From positions 3,484,419-3,548,418 of the forward strand of contig MU058198.1 of the NCBI GenBank assembly GCA_013265495.1: a stretch of DNA of 64,000 bases, read 5' to 3'. Positions 39,971 to 52,700 of this stretch are shown here, one piece after another. Below the pieces are notes generated by a model, which ran no database searches, had not been told where the DNA came from, and was given only the letters and a program-made list of their open reading frames with translations. The position numbers and the translations under genes were made by a program. Position 1 is the stretch's first letter. Each line of letters starts with the position of its first letter. The stretch comes from Vicugna vicugna (Eukaryota).

Positions 39971-40131
39971 GGGGAGGGGATAGCTCAGTGGTAGAGTGCC
40001 TGCTTAGCATGTGCAAGGTCCCGAGTTCGATCCGCAGCACCTCCACTGAAAATAAATAGATAAACCTAATTACCCTCCCTAAAAATAAAATCTAAGAAAA
40101 CATTTAAAACAAGAGAAAATTAAAAAAAACA
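39971..40131 (+). mobile_element. Vic-1-like SINE in PRKCB intron 2
   Basis: GGGGAGGGGATAGCTCAGTGGTAGAG...GAGTTCGATCC, A-rich tail, TSD aaaaagat(g/a)ta. Confidence 0.88.
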
Positions 40132-40747
40132 AAAAAGATATAGAGAAGTTCATTGGTCAAAAGGTTAAACCAAAGACTTGAAAACAGTTTGTATACATTC
40201 TTGCTGGTGGGGCGTCTATTTCCTCTCTCTCTCTCTCTCTCTCTGTTTCTGCCTGTTTTTTGTTTCTGTTCCTGTCTCTCTCTCTCTCTCCACACGTGCA
40301 CATACATCCACACACATGTGCACACACACGTAAATGGATCAGTATGTCACAGCTTTGAGAACATGCATCTTTTGATGCTTTTCAGCTATAGGTGGTGAAG
40401 TTATTAAGTACAGTGTTTAACCCTATGATTTTTTTTTTTTTGTCTTTGCAAAAAAGTCCAATTAATTCTTGGGCGGGGGTCGGGGATCAGCTGAAGAGTT
40501 CATCGTCTCTGGCTGATGCGTTCAAAAGCGTGGACCCTTGTCATTCTTGGCATTTGAGCTAATCTGAGGATTCTTTGACTTCACTCATCCTATCTCTCCA
40601 CTGAAATTGTGCGACATTCTATAGATAGACTGTTGGCCTTTTTACAGAGTATACAACATCCAAAGTGTTTACACGTGGCATTTGGAGGTGTGATGCTGCT
40701 TAAAAATCTGGTAGGAAATTTATATATTTACTATGCAGTCCATTTGT

Positions 40748-40821
40748 CCGTCCATCCATCCATCCGTCCGTCCGTCCATCCATCCATCCATCCATCCATC
40801 CATCCATCCATCCATCCATCC
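40748..40821. repeat. (CATC)n/(CGTC)n microsatellite
   Basis: Read directly; adjoins an L2-like tail. Confidence 0.95.
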
Positions 40822-41520
40822 TTCCAAAAAGTGTTCACTCATTAAAAGTGTTCTCTGTGTCAGGAATTAGATTAGATGGTAAGAATCCAGTGGTGAATGA
40901 GATTGAGAAGATCCTTAATGTCGGGGAGTTTGCAGTGTAATGGGGGAATAAGACATTCTACAAATCATTGCACCAATATTTAATTTCACTCTTGTTAAGT
41001 ACCTTGAAGGAAATGTCCAGGGTGCTATGAGAATGTATAGGGGATGCTAACCTGTGTAATGATTGAGGATAGAGTCAAGGAATTCTTTGGTCTGAGCATT
41101 AAAGCCAAAAAAAAAAAATCACACAGTTTCTCATTCTCTGAAGTAATTGATGAAAGTCTGAGTTGTCAAGGAGCCGGAGCTGAAAAATCTGAATTGTGAA
41201 GCTGCTTATATCCTGGATAAAGATACATAGGAGGTCTTATCTCTGTGACATTCTATGGAGAAGCCCTGAGTCTTTTATTTGTGCCATAGCTGGAAGTGAG
41301 ATGAATATTTGGTAGAATTAGGCGGTAACTTTAAGATGGTTTCTCTCTCAGTTTGACAGAAAGAGAACTTGATCTCCTCTGAACTAATAACGCAGACAAA
41401 ATGCTGACTTCCTTTTTGTTCAGGGGTTGCAGTTTGAGGTGGCTGTTCTAATGCAGAAACATCAAACCATTAGAGGTGGAGGGCAAGTCTGAGCCAATAG
41501 ATTGAGGATAAATGAAAAGA

Positions 41521-41670
41521 ACGCGCACGCACACAGACACACGCGTTCTTTTTCAGATTCTTTACTATTATAGTTTATTACAAGATACTGAAATGTAGAA
41601 CTGAATGACTTTGCTGTACACCAGAAACTAACACAACATTGTAAATCAACTCTACTTCAATTAAAAAAAA
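41521..41670 (+). mobile_element. Very short L1 3' end with a 5' inversion
   Basis: 41546-41593 is the reverse complement of L1 3'UTR sequence (compare 21160-21205); 41595-41670 is the sense terminus (compare 21220-21290). Confidence 0.75.
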
Positions 41671-42704
41671 GAGAGAGAGAAACAGCAAAATCTGCCAGTG
41701 AAAGGCATTTGTGAGCCGAAAGCCAGTTTTCAGGGGCACAGGGTTACCTGCGTCACCTCCTGAATACCTTCCTCACCCTGAGTCCATGTCTGAGTTTCTA
41801 TAGCTCTTCATTCCGTTGGCTTCGGCAGTGCTTTCTCTTATCTGGAAGCTAACTTATAAGAAGTTTCACAGTGAGCAGCATTGACTCAAGTATAGAGACA
41901 GATCCTTTGTCAGTTCTCTTTCCATCTTTCTGATTCCATCAGGGAGAAAGTCTCAGTTTGGTGCTCACGTGTTGTTAACACCTCTCTAACACAAACCTGG
42001 GCACTTAGTAAATGTTCTTTATTTTTCATTGTAAAGGGACAACAGGGAATTAGGAAGACATAAAGATATGTTGGTTTCTCCCTGTCACCCACTTTTACCT
42101 AACGTGAAACCTCATCCTGTTCTGCCTCTGGGCCTCGTTTCTTACTGGCCGTTCCTCCTTGTGAACAGGGAAGGGGAGTTCAGCGTCTTTCCGGGAGCTG
42201 TTTGGTGTTGGAAGGAAGCGCGATGCTGCAGAGGGTGGAAACGCACAGCGGCTTGCAGGCTCTGGTCTGGAAGAGGTGGTAGCCTTTATTCAGAAGCGTC
42301 AGTCTTTTGATGTTACCGTTGTCATTGTCGCTGCTATTACATTTTCATTGTCCTTTGCCTGTTGGTTTGTGTCTCCTCGATGTCTCTCTTTCCCTCAGCC
42401 CACGCGCAGAAAGTTGCCCTGCTGAGTCAGAAGGGGCTCATCCTCTCCTGTTGCGTCTTGGCATTTGCTCAGTAGATGGAAATTCACTTTGCTCAACAAA
42501 TACCCATGTTCCTGGAGGAATTCTAGACTCTTTCTTCTTTTACCTTGGCACTGCTCAGTGGACCAGACTTTGGGCTTCTGGATAGACAGTATAAATTGGT
42601 CTGGAGAGTGCACTCTCAGAGACCAGACAGACCTGATTTCCACTCCTGAGTTTGTCTCTCCACAGCTCTATGACCCTGGGCTGGTAAATCATGATCCTTC
42701 CTTT

Positions 42705-43080
42705 ATTCACCCTCCATCTGTCCATCCATCTCACCACTCACCCACCAATCCATTCCTCTGTCCACCCAGTTTTTCCATCCATTATCCACCCATCCATCTA
42801 TCCATCCATCCATCCACCTCTCCATCCATCCATTATTCCTCCATCCATCCACCTCTCCATCCATTCATCCATTTCCCCATTCATCTATCCATCTATCCAT
42901 TCACTCAGTAAATGTTTACTGAGCGCCTACCATGAGTCAAGTGCTGTTCTAAGCACTGGAGCTAGAGCAGTGAACAAGACAGAGTCCCTGCCCTCAGGGA
43001 ATTTACATGTTAGTGGAAGAGCAATGAATAAGTAACTTAGAAGAAATACAGCGTATAATGTCAGGTTGCAATTTTGGCTT
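42705..43080 (-). mobile_element. L2 3' end with a degenerate (CATC)n tail (42705-42905)
   Basis: aaatgtttactgagcgcctaccatg...gcagtgaacaagacagagtccctgccctc. Confidence 0.8.
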
Positions 43081-44867
43081 TGAAGAGAAATAAGAAGACA
43101 CTGTGCTTGCCCTTGAAGACCTTCCTGGCCTTTTAAGGGGAGAACAGCACATAGTCAGTGACTTCTGATATAAATACATACATGAGAAGTGTTACACCCA
43201 GGGTGTGAAAAAGCTTCGAACGACATCCTTACTCCTGGGAGGGGTGGGGAAGGTTCTACGGAGGAGCTGACATTTGGGAACCATCTCACAGCAGGAGTAG
43301 GAGTTCCCAGATTGACAAGGGGGCCGGGGCGGGTGTTTCAAGCAGAGACGCGGAGGGTCACGCAGGGAACAGGAAGGAGGGTGTGTGAGGGAGGAGCGGG
43401 TGGGTGGCGAACGTCACATTGGAGGGTCTGGACCTCGTGAAGGCAGGGTAGTGACTAGGAAGTGGCTGTTGTCATTGCTTGAAAGTGGGGTGGGTGGGGG
43501 CGAGTGAAATGTTTGCAAAAGAGCATGAGAGGCATTTTGAAACCATAATTGCCATGACTCAGATCCTGAAATTCCAGGCTGATGAGGGTGGAGGTCAGGT
43601 AAGAGAAGCTGTGATGCCCCTTTAGAAGCAGTCGAGGAGTATTATCAGAACATCTCGGGGCTGTTGCTGTTCTTCTCAACCGAAAGAGACGTCTGGATTT
43701 TTATGTCAGTCATATTGTTGATTATTCTATTTTGGGAGGTGGTTACTGGGTTATTTTTATGGCTCTAACAATAGGAATATTGCTCCTCACTGCATCCTTA
43801 ATCGTAGAGAGCCCCCAAAATTATTTTTTCTCTGTAAGGAATCCGCCCACTCCTTTTCTCTCTTCCTCCTGCTATCACTCACTCAGCTCCTGTTTATTGA
43901 GCACATGCTGCCGTGGTGGTGAAGAACTTGTGCTTTGGAGATAGAAAGGCATTGGTATCAATCTTGGCTTCTGGCTACGAGACCTTGAACATGTTACGTA
44001 AAGTCTGTGAGCTTTGGTTTTTTTGAGGTCAGAGACAGCAGGAGAACTTAGTTTGTAGGGCATGTGGCAGGTGCTTCCTGAGCCCCTTGCCTGACACACA
44101 GTAAGCGCTTGATAAACAGCTACTTCCATGGTTCCCGTGGCTGGGCACTGTCTTGTCCTTACTGAGTTTATAATCTTGTTGGGGAGGCGAGACGAATGCT
44201 CCTGAGTCGAGGACGTGGGGCAGGAATGAACGTGCTTCCACGTCATGGTCAAGAGGGTTCGGTGAAACTGACAATGGATCTGAGAGGCGTGCTCAGCTGT
44301 GGTCAGAGGTGATTTGAACGTGGGTGAGCGCAGTGCTTTCTGTGCTACGATTTCCTGGCTTTCGATGCTTTAATTTGTGGGAAACCTCAGAAAGCTGAAA
44401 TGAAATCTGTGATTGCCCCATCAGCTGCCTCATTTTGAAAATATGTTGATGGCATTTCGACTTTAAAGAGATTTCTGACCGTTTCACCTCTGAAGTTTGG
44501 GGGTCCCTTCAGCCCCTGGGTGGAGTGTTTACATTGTCTTTTGGATTGAAGAGGAAGCTGGCAGGTAATATGGGAGAAGGTGGGGGGTGGTCTGCAGGAC
44601 TGTCTCTTGTGATGACGGAGTTTGACTTTTATGGGGTAACTCTAGTTTAAAGACCTTCCTTCCCTCCTTAAAAGGTGGGGATCATTCTTTAGAGTTTAGG
44701 CAGTGCTGCAACTGAGAATTTTGATAGTTATGCAGATTTTTCTGTGGGTGGCAAAATGTATGGTTGGGGGTATTAATAATTCTATCTGGGCCAACAGTAC
44801 ACTTAGGGAAGTAGGAATGGCATATAAGAATGTAAAGGACTGTTTTCTTGTTTTAATTGAATTTAAT

Positions 44868-45165
44868 TCTTTATAGAAGTGTAGTTGATTTACAATGTTA
44901 ATTTCAGGTGTATAGCAAAGCGATTCAGTTATACATATACATAATATATATATTTTTCAGATTCCTTTCCATTATAGCTTATTATAAGAAATTGAATATA
45001 GTGCCCTGTGCTATACAGTAGGTCCTTGTTGTTTATCTATTTTATATATAGTAGCGTGTATCTGTTAATCCCAAGCTCCTAATTTATCCCTCCCCACCAC
45101 TGCCCCTTTGTTTGTTTTCTGTGTCCATGTATCTGTTTCTGGTGTGTAAATAAAAAATTCTGTTT
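44868..45165 (-). mobile_element. Artiodactyl-type L1 3' end
   Basis: gaagtgtagttgatttacaatg...ccctgtgctatacagtaggtccttgttg. Confidence 0.85.
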
Positions 45166-45259
45166 TGTTTAGAGATCCATCTTTTGGTGGCTGGCTTTCT
45201 GTTTTTCCCAGGATTATGTTGAGAATCCTTAACATGAGGTCCAAGTCTGCCTGATGTGG

Positions 45260-45695
45260 GTCCTCCCACACCTCCCCTTGCACCACCCTTCCATGCACGT
45301 TTCACTCTCTGGCTGAAGACCCTCTGTATGATGCAGCCCTGCCCAGGGGCCAGGGCTTTTGCACATGCTTTGTCTTCAGCGTGAATTGCTCTTCCCTCTC
45401 CTCTTCCCCCATTCACCTCCTCCTCATCCTTCAGAACGGAGCTCAGAGGTCGCCTCTTCAGAGAAGCCTCCCCTGATCTTCCAAATTGGATTCCCCTCTG
45501 TACACTCTCATAATCCCTTGTCAACTTTCACATTTTCAAACTGTATTTTTATTTGAGTGTTTGGCGTTTGTCTTCCCCAGGTGTTGTGAGAGTAGGGACC
45601 ACATCTGTATCATTTTCTGTTGTTTCTGGAATACCAGCTCCATACCTGGCACATGGTATGAGCTTGTAAATACTTTTTAAACGAATGAATGGTAT
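45260..45695 (+). mobile_element. L2 LINE 3' region
   Basis: cctggcacatgg...gaatgaatg terminus; cctcttcagagaagcctcccctga. Confidence 0.7.
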
Positions 45696-46069
45696 AGGGG
45701 AAAATAATTTAATTGAGGGAGTCCTTTGATTTGGATTTTGGTGCCAGTTTTGCTATAGCTTGATCTGGGAATTTTATAAAGAGTGTATCGCTTCCTAGTT
45801 TATAAGCTCTAATCATTTGTGTTTGAACCAAAAAAAAAAACTTGCCTCCATTAAAGCCTATTGGGAAGTGATTTTCTGAAATATGCCAATGCTGTGGTCT
45901 TAACTTTGGGCGGAGCCTCAGGCCATGTCCGTGTTTCTCTGTGAAGGTAAAGAGTTTCTCCACTGAAGTGCCTGCCTTTTTTATCATGGACCCTGGTAGA
46001 CTGGTGTGGAAAGAATTTCTTTTAGCATAATATAAACTGGAAGCTTCTAGAATGACCATCAGCAGTAGA

Positions 46070-46402
46070 ATAGTGGGTACACAATGGAATACTATACAGC
46101 AATGAGAATGAGCAGACTCCAGCTGTCCACAATGCGGATGACTCTTGCAAACATCCTGTGAGCTAGAAAAACTCCAGACATGAAAGAGTATGTTCTGCAC
46201 GATTCCGTGCACTTGAAGTTCAGGAACAGGATGGTGATTACCCACAGGGGGCCTGGGGGGGACTAAGAGGGGTTACCAGGGTGCTGGTGATGTTTCCTGC
46301 TCTGGGTGCTTGTGGTGTGGTGTGCTCAGATCGTGAACGTTCATGGGGTTGTACATTTGTGCCCACGCTTCTGTTATGTATATTACACTTAAACAAATAC
46401 AT
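46070..46402 (+). mobile_element. Old L1 3'UTR fragment
   Basis: caatggaatactatacagcaatgagaatga...tgttatgtatattacact. Confidence 0.7.
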
Positions 46403-48104
46403 TGAACAGGCACCGGGTTTCAAGTTACTGAGGCTGGATCTGAGAAGTGTTGGTTGGGACTTTCAGAGTTTTGCACACAGCAGTGAAATCCGCACGGGAG
46501 ACAAGCACCTTCTGGAGTCAGCCATGGAGGGATGGGCTGTTTGCCTTCTCGGGGAGGTTGGGGGACATCTGCTTGCCATTTCAATGTTGCCGATCGGTTG
46601 CAAACTGTAAAACAAGGAAGCCAGGGCCTTCTGACAATTTTCCCACCCAATAATGTAGCTCTGTTAATACCAGGAAAACTTGAGCTCCTAAAGTATTTTT
46701 AGTGCGTGCATTTAAAATATTCTCTATTCGCTAAGGTATTAGTAAGACTCTGTGAAAGCTGCTGTAACAGATAAGCCTTGACGTCTCTGTGGCTTGACAG
46801 AAGGGGATTTATTTCTCATTCATGGCACAGATCACCGCAGACGATCCCGTTCAGGAGCTTTCCAGTCAGTCACCCAGGGCTCCTGGCTCCTCTCCGCTGG
46901 GCTGGTGGATGGGAGAGAGGGAACAGGAGACAGCTCACTTATTTCACAGCGTTTCAGCCTGGAGGGGGTGGATATCAGTTCTGCTCACCTTCTTTTGGCC
47001 AGAACTTGGGGATGGGGCCACGTCAGCTGCAGGGGTGCTGGGACATGTGGACCAGCTCTCTGTCCAGGAGCAAAAGAAAACACGGAGGTGTGGGTGAAAA
47101 TAACAAACCTTGCTCCAGTCCCCAAAGCCATGGTTTCCTTTGGGCTGGAGTATCCGATGACTTCGGTAAAACTGAGAGGTGAAACTCTAGACGTCTTTAT
47201 CTTATCAAACGTGTGAGGGGGTGTTTGGGGGAGAGTGTGGTCCATGTGTTGCTGAGAGTGAAATAAAGGCGCACTCTTTTAGCTGGTTGAACAATCTGGT
47301 TTTTGTCAGAATTTCCAGCTTTCCCGCCAGTTAGAATTCTTGCCTCTTCTGGTTGCCAGTGGACATCATAAGCACTTCGATCTGAGTCAGAAATGGGATT
47401 GCTGAGATAACGTCTTCTGGGAAAGTCTTTTGCTCGTGGTCATGTCTCCTATGGATGAGTCCTTTGGTGGGTCTGCTTTTGGATGTTTGACTGGACACCT
47501 AATTTGACTGGATGCAATTACTCGTTGTATAACGAACCCCCTCAAAGCTGAGTGGCTTCAAATAACCACCCTGTGATGTAGCTCTTGTTCCTGTGGGTCA
47601 GTGATTCAGGCTGAGTGCAGCTGGGTGGTCCTCCCGCTGGTCCTGGCCGTGTCACACGTGTCTGGGGCCTCGGCTGGGACACCTGGGACAGCTGAGGCCT
47701 TTCCCCGGGTGGTGTCCTCTTCAGTGGGCGGGCCTGGCCTTGGTTGCAGAGTGCCTCTGGAACTGCACGGTGTCACTTCTGTCATATTGTCTCAGCGAAA
47801 GCCAGTCACACTCCAGTCCCAGAAAGAAAGGAGGAAGTAGAGGGGGAAGAGACTCTGCCTTTTGATGGGAGAGACCACAAATAAAGTGTGGCATTTTGGG
47901 GGACCTCCTGGACCAACTTCAGTGCAGCTCTCCCGACAGCCCAGCTCTCTGAAAGCTCTGCTGGACTAAACTTGACTCTGTGGTGGGTCCCAAGTGAGCA
48001 CTCACCCCTTCCACCTAAGGAGAGGACCTACCTCGTAGGGAAATGAAAAGACCAAATGCTTTATGTAAAGGACCCAGCCCAGGGCTCAGTGTACATGAAA
48101 CACT

Positions 48105-48306
48105 GAGTACTACCACCATTACTGCTGAATATCACGTCACCACGGACTGTCACCATCACTACTGAACACACCACCATCATCACTACCAAACGCCACCACC
48201 ACGACTACTGAGTACACCACCGTCTCTGCCGATTGCCACATCTCTACCACATGTCACCACCATCACTACTGAATGCTACCACCAAGTATTGTCATTATTA
48301 CCACCA
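48105..48306. repeat. Degenerate CAC/TAC-rich tandem repeat
   Basis: Recurring caccaccatcactactga-like units. Confidence 0.75.
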
Positions 48307-49549
48307 TGTTCTGCTGTGTCCTTGGCACTTCACTAAGCACTTAATATTCATAACACATGTCCTCTGCCCTTGAAGAGGGAGAGATCTCAGGAAGAGACAG
48401 ACGTGTACATGAATCCGTGTCGCCCAGCGTGGCCCGTGTGATCACAGAGCTGCGGTGGAGCGATGAGGTCCTGGGCATGGGTTCAGACCTCAGCTCCTCC
48501 ACCGATCACAGGCGAGGTCCCGGGCGCCTTTCAGACCTCTTTAATCTTCAGTTTCCTTGCCTGTGAAATGAAGGTAATGACACGGAGCCCACCTCCCAGG
48601 ATGCCACGTGGACTGGATTAGACGTGGCCGGCAGAGAACATGGAATTGATTGCTCATTAAATGTTACTTGTGGAAAAATAATTCTCACCAATGCCCTTGA
48701 AAAATGTCCCAAAGTCACCATTCTCGCTTTGTTCTCTTGTGACTCGGGCCAACATCATAGCTGCTTTGCCTTCAAAGATGAAGGTGTGCACACAGGCGGC
48801 TTACGGGAGGAGGAGCTCTGGGGAAAAACACCTAGAAGGCATGGAGGGAAGCCGGAAAGGGAGATACTGAACTAAGTGCAGTCGTTGTACAGAGGCCAAG
48901 GCCAGTCCCATGGGCTGGAGCTGGGATGGCCCTTCAGAATTGGGACGGTGGGGACCCACTCCGAGTGGGCACTGGCTGCAGGTTGCTTTTGGGAAGCTGG
49001 CATCACTCTGGGGAGGCAGCTTCCTTCTTCAAGGAAGGAGTCCCCGGGGGATGCTGCTGTGAGCCGTCGGCCTTCAACACCCCCCAGCGGCTGGGCGGAT
49101 GAGCGCCTTGGCCCTGCAGGTGTGAGGAGGGTCTAGGGGTCCACAGCAGGTTTCCAGTCTCTCTTTCTGAGATACGGTTCATTCCAAACTGTATCGCCTT
49201 GACTGTCAGTAACCCTGCGGACCTCCGTCGTTGGTCCTTTCCTAGGACTGATTTAGGTGCTGTCTAGATTCGTAGACTGCATCTTCCAGCACTGAAATAC
49301 CACTCACAGAGAGCTTGACCCCCGTCGGCCTAGGGACGCGGCAATGTCTTGCCCAAGGTCATCTGGCTGCCAGGGAGAAGACCTGGATTTACGTACCTCC
49401 CCCTACTTCCCTTCTACCACGCTGTCCTGAGTCACAGGAGGTCCCACCTGTACACTCAGTCTGGACTCCGTGACCTCAGTGCCTTGTCCTTCACCCTTAC
49501 ACCTCATTGCAGCTCCACTCTGGGAAGTTTTTTGGAATTCCTTTAAATG

Positions 49550-49790
49550 TGTTGTTTTAAATTGTGGATCATCACTCATTAGAGGGTCGTGAAATCAATT
49601 TAGTAGGTCACGAACACCATGAAAAAATAAAATGATAAATATCAGAATGCTTAACACTCAGGAAGCATAACTGTTGCTGTATAAAACTTATTTCATGTAT
49701 ATATATATATATACAGGCATGTGTGAGCTCACTCAGATGTAAAATGGTTTCTCACTGTGGGTCATGGTCAACACAGTTTGAAAGTCATGG
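49550..49790. mobile_element. hAT-Charlie-like DNA transposon remnant
   Basis: gggtcgtgaaatcaatttagtaggtcacga...gtttgaaagtcatgg. Confidence 0.55.
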
Positions 49791-52700
49791 TGGAAAGTAG
49801 AGACAAGGTGCTCGAGGTTCATGAACTTGACATTTGAGGCCCATGGACCATTGAGGTTTTATTTATTTTTAGATATAAATATATTGTTTTGAATTCTTTA
49901 TAATTAGATGTTTTATTCTCAACGCCACCATGATATCCAAAGATTATTTTGATGATCCTCTTTGAGCTTTTAACGTGTCACTGATGAAAGTTATTTTCCC
50001 AAATAGAATGCTAAGTATGGGATAAGAGATTTTTAAAATGGAATTACTGGTTTTGATGGGACTGCCTGGACTGACCTGTCCCTTGGGCAAAGTGTCCCAG
50101 CGCTGTCAGAAGCCGTCCCTCCTCTGCAGAGAGAAGGAAGTGGTTATCCTGGGGGATAATGTGGGCTGAGAAAGAAGTGTTTTATGAACAGTATCAGCAC
50201 AGAGGGAGGGATGGAGGAGGAGGTGTTCAGGGGCCGCACAGAGCTGCCGGAAGATGTGGGAGCAGCCTGCCAGCGTGGAGGTGGGCTGGATCGCCACCGA
50301 GGCACTCCGCTGAGGGCAGCCTCCAGCTGGGACTTCCGAGGGCTGGGATTCAGCGTGTGTGTCTATTCTCTGATGTCCCTGATAGGTGGGGGCTCAAATG
50401 ACAGCTGGCCTCATTGTGTTTCCTTTTGCTTTTCTCTGATTTGGGGCCTAAGGGCCTCAGGGGGGCCAGGGTACTCCAAATGGGAAAGAAAGTCAAGTTC
50501 ACGCAAAAAACGAAAACTGGGCTGTACCTGCTCCTGCTTGAGTGTATGTGTCCCCAGAAGGGTCTCTGTTAGCTGGGGGGACAGGCCAGGGAAGTTTCCA
50601 TTTCCTGGACATCTTCAAATAAAGCTTTCAAATGCTGCTGACTCGAGCAGACGTTTACCAAGTACTTACTCTGTGCCCGGCTGAGGGTAAGTACTGAGTG
50701 CTTTATGTGTTTTAACTCATTTAATCCTCATAGCATCCCTATCAGGTGGCCACTTTTATTCCCATTTTGTGTAGGAAAAACTGAGGCACAGAGAGGTAAG
50801 ACATTTTTCCAAAGTTACACAGAGTTGGGATTCAAACACAGATTTGAGTTCAGGACTGTATAAAAGGAAGGTAGAGGTGGCGGTGGTGACAGTGATGACA
50901 ATGACAGCTCATATTTGAGGGCTTGCAGTGAGCTGGGGATTTCACAAACTTCATCCCTTCGACTCTTCATCCTCCGGCAAGATTTGCTGTTCTTATTACC
51001 CCCATTCCTAGGTGAGGAAACAGGCTCAGTGAGGATAAAGAGTTTTCCTAAGAACTGCAGAGCCGGGGTTGAATTCAGGTCTGCCTGAGTCAGATTCCGA
51101 GTTCCAGCCACTAAGGTGGAGGGCTTGGGGTGGGAGAGTGCCATGGGGTGGGGGGAGCCCGAGCAGAGTGAGTGGATCAGCAGGCAGGCAGCCTCTGGGG
51201 GCAGGATGCAGCTGGCTCATCCCTCAGGGCCAGGGAAGCCTGCTCGCGGTGGATGGCATGGGGGAGACTGGCAAAACTTGACAGGATGAGGAAATTCCCT
51301 AGTGGGAGAAAATGTTTTTAAGAAATTGTTTTTGTCCAGGGAGGGTGTCTGCACCTCTGTAGATTTTTAGCCATAGCCCTGAATAAGGAATTCAGAAAGT
51401 GGCCTGAGGTCTTTGGGTGGTCACGTGACCATCATCAGCTGCTTTCTTTGTGTGTGAGTTGCTGGGCTGGGAGGATAGGCTGACAACCACGAAGTCCTTG
51501 CATCATTTGGAAGGAAGAATTCACATACAACAGACACGTGCAAGGAGTGGTAGTGCTTCCCTGAAGAGCTGTTCTAATCTATTGAAGCATGTTGCTGAAT
51601 GCTTCACGTGTAATCTCATTTAAAGTCTGCAGCACCCTAGGAGATAAACCTCATTTTATCTCCATGAAGAAATGGAGGCGTAGGGACATTGAATAAGTTA
51701 CCCCAGTTCTTGAAGCCAAGATGTATTTGAAGAGAGTGATAAGCCCAGACCATCTGATTCTGAAGCTCGTGTGTTCAGCTGTTTTGCCAGGACCCCTGAG
51801 CAGCCTTTGGCCAGAGCACAATGACCTGTCAAGGTGTGGTTTACATTCCTGTATATTTTCCAAAATCCACTGAGAGGAGAGTAATATAAAAGGAGTAACA
51901 GCACAGTGTGGTCCAGCTGGCATATTCGGCCACCTCCTCATGTGCGGTGGTTGGGGGAATACAGGGAAATAAGGCATGTTTCTCCCCTCAGCAGCCTCCA
52001 GTCTCATAGGAAAAATCATAAATCAAACATTTATAATACAACGTGATTCGCGCTCTAATGGTGATGGAGGGGGTGCTCTGGGAGCAGCTCGAGTCCCAGG
52101 GTGTTGGGTAGGCTGCATGGAGGAGCTCAAGTTCTCAACTGAGTTTCGAGGAAGCAGAAGCAGAAGCAGAAGCAGAGAAAGAGTGAAGAAGAGCATCATT
52201 GATGGGGGAAGGGAAGCAAGAGAGAAAAGATAATCGCTAAGAGGTAGTAGTTGAAAGACTGGGAATATTAGGCTTGGAGAAGAGAAGATTTGGAGAGGCG
52301 GAAAGAAGTCAGGAGAACTCAGAAAGTAGAGACAAAGATCTCCCGATTCAAAGTGAGCAGGGTTCTTTTCATCGAGGTGAGGTCGACGAGAGAGTGTTGG
52401 CGTAAGGAAGGACCATGGAGGACATCCTTCCAGGAGATGAGAGGGGAGAGCACAGATGGAAATGAGAGAAGAAGGGAAGAGGGATGGGAAATCAAATACC
52501 TTTAAGGCCAGTTGAGGAATTCTTGCTTGATGGTCTCTATTTGCTTTGTGAAGTAGATAAAAAGAGAATTAGATCTGAATTCAGATCCTGTGACCCCCGG
52601 CACATTTCTTATCCTTAGTTTCCTTACTTTTACAAAGGGGGAAATGATGAGGATGGTGCCTTCTACAAAGATTTGTAAGGATCAAACATGATAATGTTTG

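Noticed and set aside
39971..40045. tRNA-Ala-like sequence as a real tRNA gene
   Set aside because: It has the SINE body, an A-rich tail and TSDs, and there are four diverged sibling copies.
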